A stretch of 64,000 nucleotides of DNA from Candidatus Eiseniibacteriota bacterium (GTDB lineage: Bacteria > Eisenbacteria > RBG-16-71-46), in the NCBI GenBank assembly GCA_044223005.1, contig JBGAML010000006.1, positions 32,001 through 96,000 on the forward strand, read 5' to 3'. The number at the start of each line of letters is the position of its first letter. The stretch's first letter is position 1. The position numbers and the translations under genes were made by a program. The notes beneath the pieces were generated by a model. It was not told the origin of the DNA. It worked only from the letters and a program-made list of their open reading frames with translations, and made no database searches. This document shows, piece after piece, positions 27,127-36,946 of the stretch.

Positions 27127-27981
27127 ATGCGCTGGCAGGGTGAACGAGGCAGTGACAACGTCGAGGATCGCCGTGGCGTGCGCCCGGCGGGCGTCGCGCT
27201 GGGCGGTGGCGGCCTGCTCGTGGTCCTCGTGGTCGCGATGCTGTTCGGCGTCGATCCGCGGCAGCTTCTGAACCAGGTCGCCATGAACGCCGGCCAGCCG
27301 GCCGCGACGAGCACCGCGCCGTCCGCGGGCGCCGCGGACGATTCGCTGCGCCAGTTCGTGGGCGTGGTGTTGGCCGAGACCGAGGACGTCTGGCACGAGC
27401 AGTTCCAGGCGATGGGCCGCGAGTACACCGAGCCGCACCTCGTGCTGTTCTCGGACCAGGTCGAGTCGGCGTGCGGCGGCGCCAGCGCGGCGGTGGGGCC
27501 GTTCTACTGTCCCGAGGACCAGAAGGTCTACCTCGACCTCGGTTTCTACGACATGTTGCGCCAGCGCTTCGGCGCGCCCGGCGATTTCGCGCAGGCGTAC
27601 GTGGTCGCGCACGAAGTGGGGCACCACGTGCAGAACCTGCTCGGCATCTCGGACAAGGTGCACCGCATGCGCTCGCGCCTGAGCGACGAGCAGTACAACC
27701 AGCTCTCGGTGCGGCTCGAACTGCAGGCCGACTTCTTCGCGGGCGTGTGGGCGCACCACACCCAGCGCATGAAGCACGTGCTGGAAGACGGCGACATCGA
27801 AGAGGCGCTGCGAGCCGCGACCGCGATCGGCGACGACCGGCTGCAGATGCAGTCGCAGGGCTACGTGGTTCCCGACGCGTTCACGCACGGAACGTCGGAG
27901 CAACGCGTGCGCTGGTTCCGCAAGGGCTACGAGACGGGCGACATCCGCCAGGGCGACACGTTCAACGCCGAAGCGCTCTGA
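27127..27981 (+). CDS. YpfJ-family neutral zinc metallopeptidase
   Basis: SDNVEDRRG, GPFYCPED, AHEVGHHVQ, LELQADFFAG, FTHGTSEQR. Confidence 0.9.
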   Translation: MRWQGERGSDNVEDRRGVRPAGVALGGGGLLVVLVVAMLFGVDPRQLLNQVAMNAGQPAATSTAPSAGAADDSLRQFVGVVLAETEDVWHEQFQAMGREYTEPHLVLFSDQVESACGGASAAVGPFYCPEDQKVYLDLGFYDMLRQRFGAPGDFAQAYVVAHEVGHHVQNLLGISDKVHRMRSRLSDEQYNQLSVRLELQADFFAGVWAHHTQRMKHVLEDGDIEEALRAATAIGDDRLQMQSQGYVVPDAFTHGTSEQRVRWFRKGYETGDIRQGDTFNAEAL

Positions 27982-28130
27982 CGGGTCTCGATGACACGGC
28001 GCGGCGCCCCCGGATCCGGGGCGCCGGGGCCCTGAGCGTGAATGATATGCTCATGGGACACCTCCCGGCCCGGCGCTCGCCGGGCCGAAGGCCGTCGCGC
28101 GACCGCCCTGACCCTTCGAGGATACCTGCG

Positions 28131-30893
28131 ATGCTGCCGTTCGCTGCACCTCCGCGCTTCGCCTGCTTCCGTTCCGCGCTTCTCGCCTTCGCGCTCGGCG
28201 TCGCGACTCTCCCGGTGGCGGCCCCCGCCGCGCCGATCCTGTGGCCGGCGACGCCCGACGGCCTGCCCGAGTGGCGCGACGAGCGCGACACCGCGCCTTT
28301 CCTCGCGGCGTGGAAGGCCGAGGCGCTGCGCCGCCAGGGCACGCTGTCGGTCACCGCGACGGCGAACCAGGCGGCTTGGGACGCGAGGTGGTACGACCTC
28401 GACCTCACCATGAACCCGGTGGCACAGCTGGTGTCGGGTACGGTGAAGCTGCGCGCGACCGTCGTGAACGGCCCGGTCTCGACGGCCGAGCTCGACCTGC
28501 TCGCCAACATGACGGTGGACGCGGCGACCTCGGGCGGCGTCGCGACGACCTTCACGCATCCGTCGGACCTGCTCACGGTCAACCTCGACCGCGCCTACGC
28601 GGCGGGCGAGACGTTCGAGATCACGGTCACGTATCACGGCCTGCCGGCGACGACGGGACCGTTCGGCGGCGCGTTCGGGTTCACGACGGCCAACTCGCGC
28701 ACGCTGATCTGGAGCCTTTCGGAGCCGTACGGCGCACGCAGCTGGTGGCCGTGCAAGGACGCGCCCGAGGACAAGGCGGACTCCGTCACGGTGCGCTACA
28801 CGGTGCCGACGGGCATGACGGCGGTCTCCAACGGCAACCTGCGCTCCGCCACGGACAACGGCACGAACGCGATCTTCCGGTACGGCGAGTCGTACCCGAT
28901 CGCGACCTACCTCGTGTTCATCGGCTGCTACGCCTACACGCACACGCGGGACTGGTACCGGTACGCGCCGACGGACTCGATGCCCATCGACTTCTACAAC
29001 TATCCCGAATCCGTGGCGGGCGTCTCGGCGGTCCAGGCCAAGGTGAAGGGCATGATCGCCGCGTACTCGGCGCGCATGGGGCAATACCCGTTCGTCGCCG
29101 AAAAGTACGGCCACGCGCAGTTCAACTTCTCGGGCGGCATGGAACACCAGACATGCACGAGCCTGGGTGCATTCACGGAATCCGTCGTGGCGCACGAACT
29201 GGGGCACCAGTGGTGGGGCGACATGGTGACGTGCCGCAACTTCCACCACATCTGGCTCAACGAGGGCTTCGCGACCTACATGGAAGCGCTCTGGGCCGAG
29301 GCGGGCGGCGGCCACGCGGCGTACCAGTCGGACCTCGAACTCAACACGTTCTACGGCGCGGGTTCGGTCTACGTGCCCGACACCACCAACCAGGCGCGGA
29401 TCTTCGATTCCAACCTGTCCTACAACAAGGGTTCGTGGGTGCTGCACATGCTGCGGCACGTGGTGAGCGACACGCTGTTCTTCCAGGGCCTGAACTTCTA
29501 CCGCAGCCAGATGCAGTACCAGGGTGCGGTGACCGAGGACCTGCAGGCCGCGATGGAGCAGGTGAGCGGCCGCGACCTGTCGGCGTTCTTCCAGGAGTGG
29601 GTCTACGGCGAGTACTACCCGATCTACCGGCCGCGCTGGACGGCGGTGAGCACCGGCAGCGGCTACGACGTCACGCTGACGATCGACCAGACGCAGTCGT
29701 GGCAGCTCTTCAACATGCCGATCGACGTGCGCGTCGCGACGACGGGCGGCGACGTGGACTTCGTCGTGCCGGATTCGCTCGCGTCGCAGGTGTTCGTGCT
29801 GCACGTGGCGTCGCAGCCCACGGACGTGACGCTCGATCCGGGCCACTGGATCCTGCGCAAGCTCGACCTGCCGGTCGTGAACCCGGCGTTCGACCGGTCC
29901 GTGCTCGTCGTCAATGGGGTCGACTGGTCCAACTACGGCACCGAGATCACGACGGCCTACGTGGACAAGGCGTTCTCGGGGAACTACGCGATCGACTTCT
30001 GGGATCACTTCCCTGCGCCCGCGGGCGGCTATCCCGCCAACGTGCCGGCGCCGCTCGGCCACGGCGCGGTGCCACCCTCCGTGCTCGGGCACTACCGGAA
30101 CGTGATCTGGGTCGGCAACAACTTCAATGGCGACCTCGACTCGTGGGTGCAGACGCCCATCCTCAGCTACGTGAAGGCGGGCGGGAACGTGCTGCTGCTC
30201 TCGCGCATGGGCGACTCGTTCCTCACCGACTCGCTGCTCGATTACGCGGGCATCACGTTCGTCGGCAGCGGCGTGACGCTGACGGACTGCGTGGCGGCGC
30301 GGCCGGGTCTGGTGAACATGTCGCTGCTCGCGACCCAGACCCTGTGCGCCACGTTCGACTCCACGCGCACGCGGCCCGACACGCAGCTGCTCTTCCGCTC
30401 GGCGGCGGGCGCCAATGCGGGCCGCGGCCTCGGCGTGGTGCGCATTCCGCCGGCGGGCGCGGGCCTGCGGGCCCGGGGCGGGCGCCTCGCCTTCGTCTCC
30501 GGGCGTCCCTACCGCTGGAACCACGCCCAGCTGGCGAGCAACGTCACGCAGATCCTGACATCGTACTTCGGCGAACCGGTGACGCTGGCGTCGGTGGACG
30601 CGCCGGCGGCGGGCCGCGCGCTGGCGCTGTCCGCGCCGGAGCCGAATCCGTTCGGGCGCTCGACGTCGCTGCGCTTCACGCTGCGCGCGCCCGCACGCGT
30701 CGATGCGGACGTGATCGATCTCTCGGGCCGCCGCGTGCGCGTGCTCGCGGAGCGAGCGTTCGACGCGGGGGCGCACGTGCTCGCGTGGGACGGGCGCGAC
30801 GCGTCGAGTCGTGACGTGCCGGCCGGCGTCTACTGGGTGCGCGTGCGCGCGGCGGGTGTGTCGGAGGTGCGCCGGCTCGTGCACCTGCCCTGA
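28131..30893 (+). CDS. M1 family aminopeptidase with C-terminal FlgD-Ig/T9SS-like domain
   Basis: GGMEH, HELGHQWWG-x-WLNEGFATY, YNKG; tail PNPF...DLSGRRVRVL...WDGRD...GVY. Confidence 0.9.
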   Translation: MLPFAAPPRFACFRSALLAFALGVATLPVAAPAAPILWPATPDGLPEWRDERDTAPFLAAWKAEALRRQGTLSVTATANQAAWDARWYDLDLTMNPVAQLVSGTVKLRATVVNGPVSTAELDLLANMTVDAATSGGVATTFTHPSDLLTVNLDRAYAAGETFEITVTYHGLPATTGPFGGAFGFTTANSRTLIWSLSEPYGARSWWPCKDAPEDKADSVTVRYTVPTGMTAVSNGNLRSATDNGTNAIFRYGESYPIATYLVFIGCYAYTHTRDWYRYAPTDSMPIDFYNYPESVAGVSAVQAKVKGMIAAYSARMGQYPFVAEKYGHAQFNFSGGMEHQTCTSLGAFTESVVAHELGHQWWGDMVTCRNFHHIWLNEGFATYMEALWAEAGGGHAAYQSDLELNTFYGAGSVYVPDTTNQARIFDSNLSYNKGSWVLHMLRHVVSDTLFFQGLNFYRSQMQYQGAVTEDLQAAMEQVSGRDLSAFFQEWVYGEYYPIYRPRWTAVSTGSGYDVTLTIDQTQSWQLFNMPIDVRVATTGGDVDFVVPDSLASQVFVLHVASQPTDVTLDPGHWILRKLDLPVVNPAFDRSVLVVNGVDWSNYGTEITTAYVDKAFSGNYAIDFWDHFPAPAGGYPANVPAPLGHGAVPPSVLGHYRNVIWVGNNFNGDLDSWVQTPILSYVKAGGNVLLLSRMGDSFLTDSLLDYAGITFVGSGVTLTDCVAARPGLVNMSLLATQTLCATFDSTRTRPDTQLLFRSAAGANAGRGLGVVRIPPAGAGLRARGGRLAFVSGRPYRWNHAQLASNVTQILTSYFGEPVTLASVDAPAAGRALALSAPEPNPFGRSTSLRFTLRAPARVDADVIDLSGRRVRVLAERAFDAGAHVLAWDGRDASSRDVPAGVYWVRVRAAGVSEVRRLVHLP

Positions 30894-31160
30894 ACGCGAA
30901 CCGCTCGAGAACTCATCGTGGCCCGCGCGAGAGGATCGCGCGGGCCGCTTTGTTTGCGCGCCTGCATCCCGCCGGAGAAGGTCCGTTGAGGGTCGACCGG
31001 AGCGGTCCTAGTGTGGGAGGTGCAGAGGGATGGGCCGTGGCCATGGACGTGTCCGCTGCCATCCATCGAACACCGCGTGAGGCTCGCCGTTCGGGCCCGC
31101 ACGCGGGCCTCACGCCAGGAGATCGCGGCCGCGACGACCGGCCGCACGAGGGACGACACC

Positions 31161-31349
31161 ATGAAGATCGAGTTCACGCACACCGAGATCGAGTATCTCG
31201 CCGAACTGCTGGAATCCTGCCACCGCACCAAGCTGCACGAGCTGCACCACACCGCGACGCGCGCCTACGCGCAGATGCTGCGGGAGAAGATCGAGCTCAC
31301 GGAGAACCTGCGCGCCAAGCTGGAGGCGGTGCGCGAAGTCCCGGTCTGA
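31161..31349 (+). CDS. Small helical hypothetical protein (62 aa)
   Basis: MKIEFTHTEIEYLAELLE...; host-like GC3 codon usage; GAGGG upstream. Confidence 0.6.
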   Translation: MKIEFTHTEIEYLAELLESCHRTKLHELHHTATRAYAQMLREKIELTENLRAKLEAVREVPV

Positions 31350-31715
31350 TCCGGTCCGGAACTGCGACGCGGGAAGCGAGCGGCCCGACGGCCACGCGCT
31401 TCCCGCGTTTCGTTTCCGGCGACTCCGGAAACGAAGGCGGCCCGTGGATCGGGGGGATCCGACGGGCCGTCCTTCGAGGCAGAACCACGCCTGCGGTCCA
31501 GGCCGCGCGGTCGCTGCACTGGGGGAAACCGGGAGGGACCGAGCCGAGTGGGCACGGCGTCCACCGGAGCTAGAGGTGGGTGCGCCCCGGAGCCTGATAC
31601 ACCGCCGGCGAGCGACTGCCGCGTTTCCGGACCCTTCGCCTGATGCTAATGTGGCACGGTCAGTCCCCCAGGTCGCGACGCTGGCCCCGGCGCGGCCGTT
31701 TCCCCGGCAGGCAAC

Positions 31716-33665
31716 ATGAACGTCGCGATCCTGCTCGCCCTCTTCACGGCGACGGTGAGCATCGGGACCGGACTCGCCCACCTGGCGGTGTCCCAGGCCC
31801 CGGGATGGCGTGCCTCGCGCACCTTCGCGCTGATCGCCTTCTCCGCCGGGCTCTACAGCATCGGGAACCTGACGTTCTGCTCCTCCGGCCTGCCGCCCGC
31901 CGCCTACCTCGTCGTCCTGCGGACGAACTACCTCGCGGCGCACCTGCACGCGCTCGGGTGGATCCCGATGGCGTACGGCGGCCCCGACGCGTCGTGGGCG
32001 GGCATGCCGCGGGCGCTGCGGGTGGGCAGCGTGGTGTCGCTCGTCGTGGCGCTCTTCTTCGCGCTCACCGGCCTGCACCTCATCCCGGTCTTCGACGACC
32101 TGCACATCGCGTGGGCGAACGTGACGTATCACTACGTCCGGACGACGCCCATCGGCGACGCCTACGGCACGCTGATCGTGCTGACGCTGCTCGTGCCGTT
32201 CGCCGGCTACGGCCTGCGCGCGCTGCGCGGTGAACGCGACGCATGGGGCATCGTCGCCGGTTTCACGATCTTCTTCTCCGCGGCCGTCATCGAGCTGCTG
32301 GTCGCGAACCGCGTCATCGTCTGGCTGTCCCCGGCGGACCTCGGCTTCCTCGCGGTGGTCGCGCCGACGTCGGCGGTGATGCTTCGCCGGTTCGTCGCCG
32401 AGGCACGCAGGTTCTCGGAGCTCAACGACGTGCTCGCGAACCAGGTGGTCGAGCGCACGGCCGAGCGTGACGATGCCCGCGTCGCGCTCGCGGAATCCGA
32501 ACGGCTCGCGGCGCTCGGGCGGTTGGCCGCGGGTGTGGGGCACGAGATCAACAATCCGCTCACGTACGTGCAGCTCTCGCTCGCGCGCGTGGCCGAGCGG
32601 CCGGACGGGCGGCTGGCGGACCCCGACGTGCGGACGGCGCTGGACCATGCGCGCGAGGGCGTGGAGCGGATCCGCAAGGTCGTCGAGGGACTGCGGACCT
32701 ACTCGCGCCCGGCTCGCGAACCGGTGGCGGTCGCTCCGGCCGAGGCGGCCGCGGCGGCACTGCGCGTGGCCGGACCGCAGCTGCGGCACACGGCGGAAGT
32801 GACGACGGAGCTCGCGCCCGTTCCCGACGTGATGGGCGACGAGTCGCGGCTCGTGCAGGCGCTCGTCAACCTGCTCGTCAACGCGGCGCAGGCGGTGGGC
32901 GACGCTGACGGCCGGGGCCAGATCGAGGTGCGCACTCGCGTCGCGGGCGAGCGCGTCCTGATCGAGGTGCAGGACGACGGGCCGGGCATTCCCGAGCCGC
33001 TCCGCGCCCACGTGGCGGAGCCCTACTTCACCACGCGCGCGCAGCACGGCGGGCTCGGATTGGGGCTGTTCGTGACGCGCGGCATCGTGGAGGCGCACGG
33101 CGGGAAGCTGGAGCTGCTCCCGGCCCCCGTGCGCGGCACGCTCGCGCGGATCAGCCTCCCCGCGGCGCCGCAGCACGTTCCGTCGCCGCACGCGCCCGCG
33201 CCGGTGGTTCCGGCGCCGGAGCCGCCGCAGGGGCCGAAGCGCGCGCTCCTGGTCGTGGACGACGAGCCGCTGGTGCTCGAGCTGCTCGCCGACCTGCTCG
33301 CGATCGAGTGGGAGGTGACGGGCGTCGGGACGGGCGCGGAGGCTCTTGAGCATATCGCGCGGAGCACCTACGCGGCGATCCTGTGCGATCTCATGATGCC
33401 GGGGCTCTCGGGCATCGACGTCGCCGAGCGGCTCGCGCGCGAGCGGCCCGAGTCGCGCGCGCGCATGGTGTTCCTGACCGGCGGCGCGGTGACCGCCGAA
33501 GCCGAGGAGTTCCTGGCGCGGCCGGACGTGCGGCACGTGATGAAGCCCGTCGACGTTCCCGAGCTGTTCGCGACGATTCGCGCGGTGGCCCGCGACGCGG
33601 ATGCGGCGTTCAGCGCGAGCGCGAACGGTCCAGTGCCACCACGAGACCCAGCACCGTCGCGTTGA
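31716..33665 (+). CDS. Hybrid histidine kinase: multi-TM sensor, HisKA, HATPase and receiver domains
   Basis: About 7 hydrophobic segments; AGVGHEINNPL H-box; NLLVNA, DDGPG, GLGLGL; VVDDE...DLMMP...KP. Confidence 0.92.
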   Translation: MNVAILLALFTATVSIGTGLAHLAVSQAPGWRASRTFALIAFSAGLYSIGNLTFCSSGLPPAAYLVVLRTNYLAAHLHALGWIPMAYGGPDASWAGMPRALRVGSVVSLVVALFFALTGLHLIPVFDDLHIAWANVTYHYVRTTPIGDAYGTLIVLTLLVPFAGYGLRALRGERDAWGIVAGFTIFFSAAVIELLVANRVIVWLSPADLGFLAVVAPTSAVMLRRFVAEARRFSELNDVLANQVVERTAERDDARVALAESERLAALGRLAAGVGHEINNPLTYVQLSLARVAERPDGRLADPDVRTALDHAREGVERIRKVVEGLRTYSRPAREPVAVAPAEAAAAALRVAGPQLRHTAEVTTELAPVPDVMGDESRLVQALVNLLVNAAQAVGDADGRGQIEVRTRVAGERVLIEVQDDGPGIPEPLRAHVAEPYFTTRAQHGGLGLGLFVTRGIVEAHGGKLELLPAPVRGTLARISLPAAPQHVPSPHAPAPVVPAPEPPQGPKRALLVVDDEPLVLELLADLLAIEWEVTGVGTGAEALEHIARSTYAAILCDLMMPGLSGIDVAERLARERPESRARMVFLTGGAVTAEAEEFLARPDVRHVMKPVDVPELFATIRAVARDADAAFSASANGPVPPRDPAPSR

Positions 33666-35058
33666 GCGCCAGGGCCACCATCCCGACGTTGAGATCGGTG
33701 ACCGCGGCGGGCCAGGTGGGAAAGACGCGGGCGAGCGTGAGTCCCGTGCGCGTCTGCAGGATCACCGTCGCGACGCCGGTGAGGATGCCGGCGAAGGCCG
33801 CGAGGCGGGAGGGACGCGTTCCCGGCGCGAGGCCCAGCAGCAGCGCGGGCAGCAACTGCGTGACCAGGTTGTAGCCCATGAGCAGCAGCGGCACGAGCGT
33901 CTCGCCGCCGCGCAGCGTGGCGAACGCGGCGCCGAGCGCGAGCACGGGCACCAGCGCGCGCGCGGCGATCCCCTGCGCACGCTCGTCGAGCCCGGGGGCG
34001 AGCGGGCGTGCGACGTTCTTCACCAGCACGGTCGCCATGGTGACGAGCAGCATCGAGCCGGGCACGAGCGCCGTGAGGATGCCGGCGGCCCCGATCACGC
34101 CCACCATCCACGGCGCGAACGAGAGCTTGGAGAGCCGCAGCAGTGACAGGTCGGCCTGCGCCCCGGTCAGCCCGGGCACGACGCTCACGGCGGCGAAGCC
34201 GACGAAGAACACGAACAGCAGCACGAGCTGGTAGAGCGGCATGACGATCGCGTTCTTGCGAAACACGTCGGCATCCTTCGCGGTGTAGACGGACGCGAAG
34301 CCGTGCGGCCACGTGTAGAAGCCGACGGCGGAGAGCAGCACGGTGGAGACGAACCACGTCGGGCTCATGCCGTGAGAAGGCAGCGCCAGGAAACCGGGAT
34401 GGTCCCGGTCGATGGCCGCGAACATCGGGCCGATGCCGCCGTGCCAGCGCCACGGCAGCCACAGCCCGAGCCCCACCGCGACGGCGAGGATCATGATGTC
34501 CTTGAGCACGGCGGTCCACGCCGAGCCGTGCACGCCCGACACCGAGACGTAGACGACCAGTACCGCGACGCCGATCCAGACGGCGGTGGCGGGCGCGATG
34601 TGTCCGTACGACGTCTCGGACACGATGATGCCGAGACCTTTCAGCTGCAGCACGAGATAGAAGGTCATGGCGGCCACGCCGACGAGCGTGACGAGCACGC
34701 CGAGCACGGGGCTGCCGAAGCGGTGCGCGAAGAAGTCGGCCTGCGAATGGAGCCGGTGCGTCGTGCCGTAGCGCCAGATGGCGGGCAGCAGGAAGTACGA
34801 GATGGAGTAGGCGATCGCGCCGTAGCCGAGGATGTAGAACGCGGGCCCGCCCTTGCCGTACGCCCAGCCGCTGCCGCCGAGGAACGTGAAGGTGGTGTAG
34901 ATCTCGCCGGCCATCAGCAGGAACACGAAGATCGCGCCGAAGCCGCGGCCGCCGACGCTCCACTGCTCGAGGCTGACCTCGTGACCGCGCTGCGCGAGCA
35001 CGCCGAGCAGCAGGGCGAACAGCAGGAACGCGCCGAGAACGGGCAGCGCGGCGTTCAC
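33610..35058 (-). CDS. Sodium:solute symporter family transporter
   Basis: [27 protein letters not shown], many TM helices; GTG start overlaps upstream stop. Confidence 0.88.
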   Translation of the reverse strand: MNAALPVLGAFLLFALLLGVLAQRGHEVSLEQWSVGGRGFGAIFVFLLMAGEIYTTFTFLGGSGWAYGKGGPAFYILGYGAIAYSISYFLLPAIWRYGTTHRLHSQADFFAHRFGSPVLGVLVTLVGVAAMTFYLVLQLKGLGIIVSETSYGHIAPATAVWIGVAVLVVYVSVSGVHGSAWTAVLKDIMILAVAVGLGLWLPWRWHGGIGPMFAAIDRDHPGFLALPSHGMSPTWFVSTVLLSAVGFYTWPHGFASVYTAKDADVFRKNAIVMPLYQLVLLFVFFVGFAAVSVVPGLTGAQADLSLLRLSKLSFAPWMVGVIGAAGILTALVPGSMLLVTMATVLVKNVARPLAPGLDERAQGIAARALVPVLALGAAFATLRGGETLVPLLLMGYNLVTQLLPALLLGLAPGTRPSRLAAFAGILTGVATVILQTRTGLTLARVFPTWPAAVTDLNVGMVALALNATVLGLVVALDRSRSR

Positions 35059-35360
35059 GAGCGGGGCGCTCCGGCGGCGCGTTCCGCGGCGTCCGCGCGC
35101 TGGTCGAGTGCGTGCACGATGGCCATGACGAGCGTCGTGAGCAGCACGCACGCGAGCATCCAGAAGAGCAGGAAGGGCAGCCCGAGCACGAACGGACGTA
35201 CGCGGTTCGCGAACGGCATGCCGAAGACGATGGCGATGGCGGGCAACGCGGCGAGCAGGCGGTGGGGACGCGGGGTCGGCGGCACGGGGCGGGCACTCCG
35301 GGGATGGAGCCGGGCGTCGGCGGTGGCGCGCAGTGTTGGGGGCGGCACGTGGGGTGTCAA
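35055..35360 (-). CDS. DUF3311-like small membrane partner of the SSS transporter
   Basis: [19 protein letters not shown], two TMs, directly upstream of the SSS gene; true start probably internal. Confidence 0.75.
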   Translation of the reverse strand: MTPHVPPPTLRATADARLHPRSARPVPPTPRPHRLLAALPAIAIVFGMPFANRVRPFVLGLPFLLFWMLACVLLTTLVMAIVHALDQRADAAERAAGAPRS

Positions 35361-35687
35361 CGGGAGAGTGCGAGGGCTCGAGCGGTGGGCGCTGGCTCGG
35401 GGTTCGTGCGCGAGCGCGGGCCTGCGGCTCGCGCGGCTCGCGTCACGAATGCCCGCGCCGGCACGCTTTCGAGTGCGACCCGAAACCGTGGCCGGCGCGG
35501 CCCCGGGCCTGCTTTACACCCCGGGGCATTCCGGGTGAAACTGGTCGGGACATGCGCGGCCCTTCGGGGTCGCGCCTGCTCGCCCCGAACATCGTGCCCG
35601 AGGCCCCTCTCGCCGGCCCGGGCCCGCGAGTTCCGGGGCGAGCCTCGAGCTTTCCGGTTCACGCCCACTCCAGCCTCAGGGAATCCC

Positions 35688-36410
35688 ATGGGACGCATTT
35701 TCGAAACCCGCAAGGCCACGATGTTCGCGCGCTGGGACAAGATGTCCAAGGCGTTCTCGCGCATCGGCAAGGAAATCACCATCGCGGTCAAGAAGGGCGG
35801 GCCGAGCCCCGAGAACAACCCGTCGCTGCGCCGGGTGATCCAGAACGCCCGCGCCGTGAACATGCCCAAGGACAAGGTCGAGAACGCGATCAAGAAGGCG
35901 TCGGGGCAGGGCGCGGAAAACTACGACGAGATCACGTACGAAGGCTACGCGCCTCACGGCGTGGCGCTGGTCGTCGAGTGCGCGACCAACAACATCACGC
36001 GCACGGCGGGCAACGTGCGGGCGATCTTCACCCGCGGCGGCGGCAACCTCGGCCAGAACGGCAGCGTCGCGTTCCAGTTCAAGCGCATGGGCGTCTTCCG
36101 GCTGAAGCCGGAAGGCCTGGACCACGAAGCGCTCGAGCTCGAACTCATCGACCACGGCCTCGAGGAAATGGGCGAGTCGACGGGCGAGAAGGGTGAAGCG
36201 CAGCTCGTGCTGCGCTGCGCGTTCGCGGACTTCGGCCAGCTCGCCAAGGCGCTCGAAGACAAGGGCATCACGCCGATCTCGTCCGAACTCGAGTACATCC
36301 CGCAGACGCCTGCGACCCTGCCGGACTCGCAGGCCCACGAAGTTCTGGCCCTTGTCGACAAGCTCGAGCAGGATGAGGACGTGCAGAAAGTGTTTCACAA
36401 CCTGGGCTAG
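35688..36410 (+). CDS. yebC: YebC/PmpR family protein
   Basis: [43 protein letters not shown]. Confidence 0.93.
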   Translation: MGRIFETRKATMFARWDKMSKAFSRIGKEITIAVKKGGPSPENNPSLRRVIQNARAVNMPKDKVENAIKKASGQGAENYDEITYEGYAPHGVALVVECATNNITRTAGNVRAIFTRGGGNLGQNGSVAFQFKRMGVFRLKPEGLDHEALELELIDHGLEEMGESTGEKGEAQLVLRCAFADFGQLAKALEDKGITPISSELEYIPQTPATLPDSQAHEVLALVDKLEQDEDVQKVFHNLG

Positions 36411-36423
36411 GCCCGCGCCGCAG

Positions 36424-36489
36424 GCGCGTACTCCACACACAAGAGCCCCGCGAGAAGTCTCGCGGGGCTCTTGTGTGTGGAGTACGCGC
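36424..36489. repeat. Perfect 32-bp inverted repeat (2-nt spacer) between convergent genes; probable bidirectional terminator
   Basis: gcgcgtactccacacacaagagccccgcgaga-ag-tctcgcggggctcttgtgtgtggagtacgcgc. Confidence 0.9.
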
Positions 36490-36493
36490 AGGC

Positions 36494-36880
36494 CTAGTAG
36501 GCCTTGTAGCTCTTTTCTTCCAGGATCTCAGAGCCCAGAAGCCTGTTGATCTCCCGCTTCACTGCCGCTCTCCGATCATTCGTGCGATACACGCTGCGCG
36601 CGAGCTCCACGAAGCTCGCCCCGAAATCCTGCTTCGCTTCGTGCTCGCGGATCTCGTCCTCGATGTCCCAGAGCTTGGCGTTGATGGCCTTGAGCTCGGT
36701 GACCTGGGACTCCACGTCGCGCACCGAGAGCGGCGAGGCGGACCACGTCTCGCGCATCAGGTCGAGCTCGCGGCGCACGTTGGCGAGCTTGTCGGGATCC
36801 TCGATCCGCTCGGACTTGATCTCGAGGATCGTGAGCTTGTCGAGAAACTCGCCGGGAGCGGTGGGCAGGTTCAGCAGCAT
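36494..36880 (-). CDS. DUF6165-like conserved protein
   Basis: GEFLDKLTILEIK, NAKLWDIEDEIR, FVELARSVYRTNDRRAAVKREIN, EEKSY. Confidence 0.8.
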   Translation of the reverse strand: MLLNLPTAPGEFLDKLTILEIKSERIEDPDKLANVRRELDLMRETWSASPLSVRDVESQVTELKAINAKLWDIEDEIREHEAKQDFGASFVELARSVYRTNDRRAAVKREINRLLGSEILEEKSYKAY

Positions 36881-36946
36881 GATGTTCAGGGCCTCGGTTG
36901 TTTGCGCCCGGGCTGGCGTGCCGGCCCGGGCGCGTGATCGCGAGCG

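Noticed and set aside
33610..33665. 56-nt convergent overlap of the kinase and symporter 3' ends
   Set aside because: Short tail overlaps are common in GC-rich genomes; no further signal
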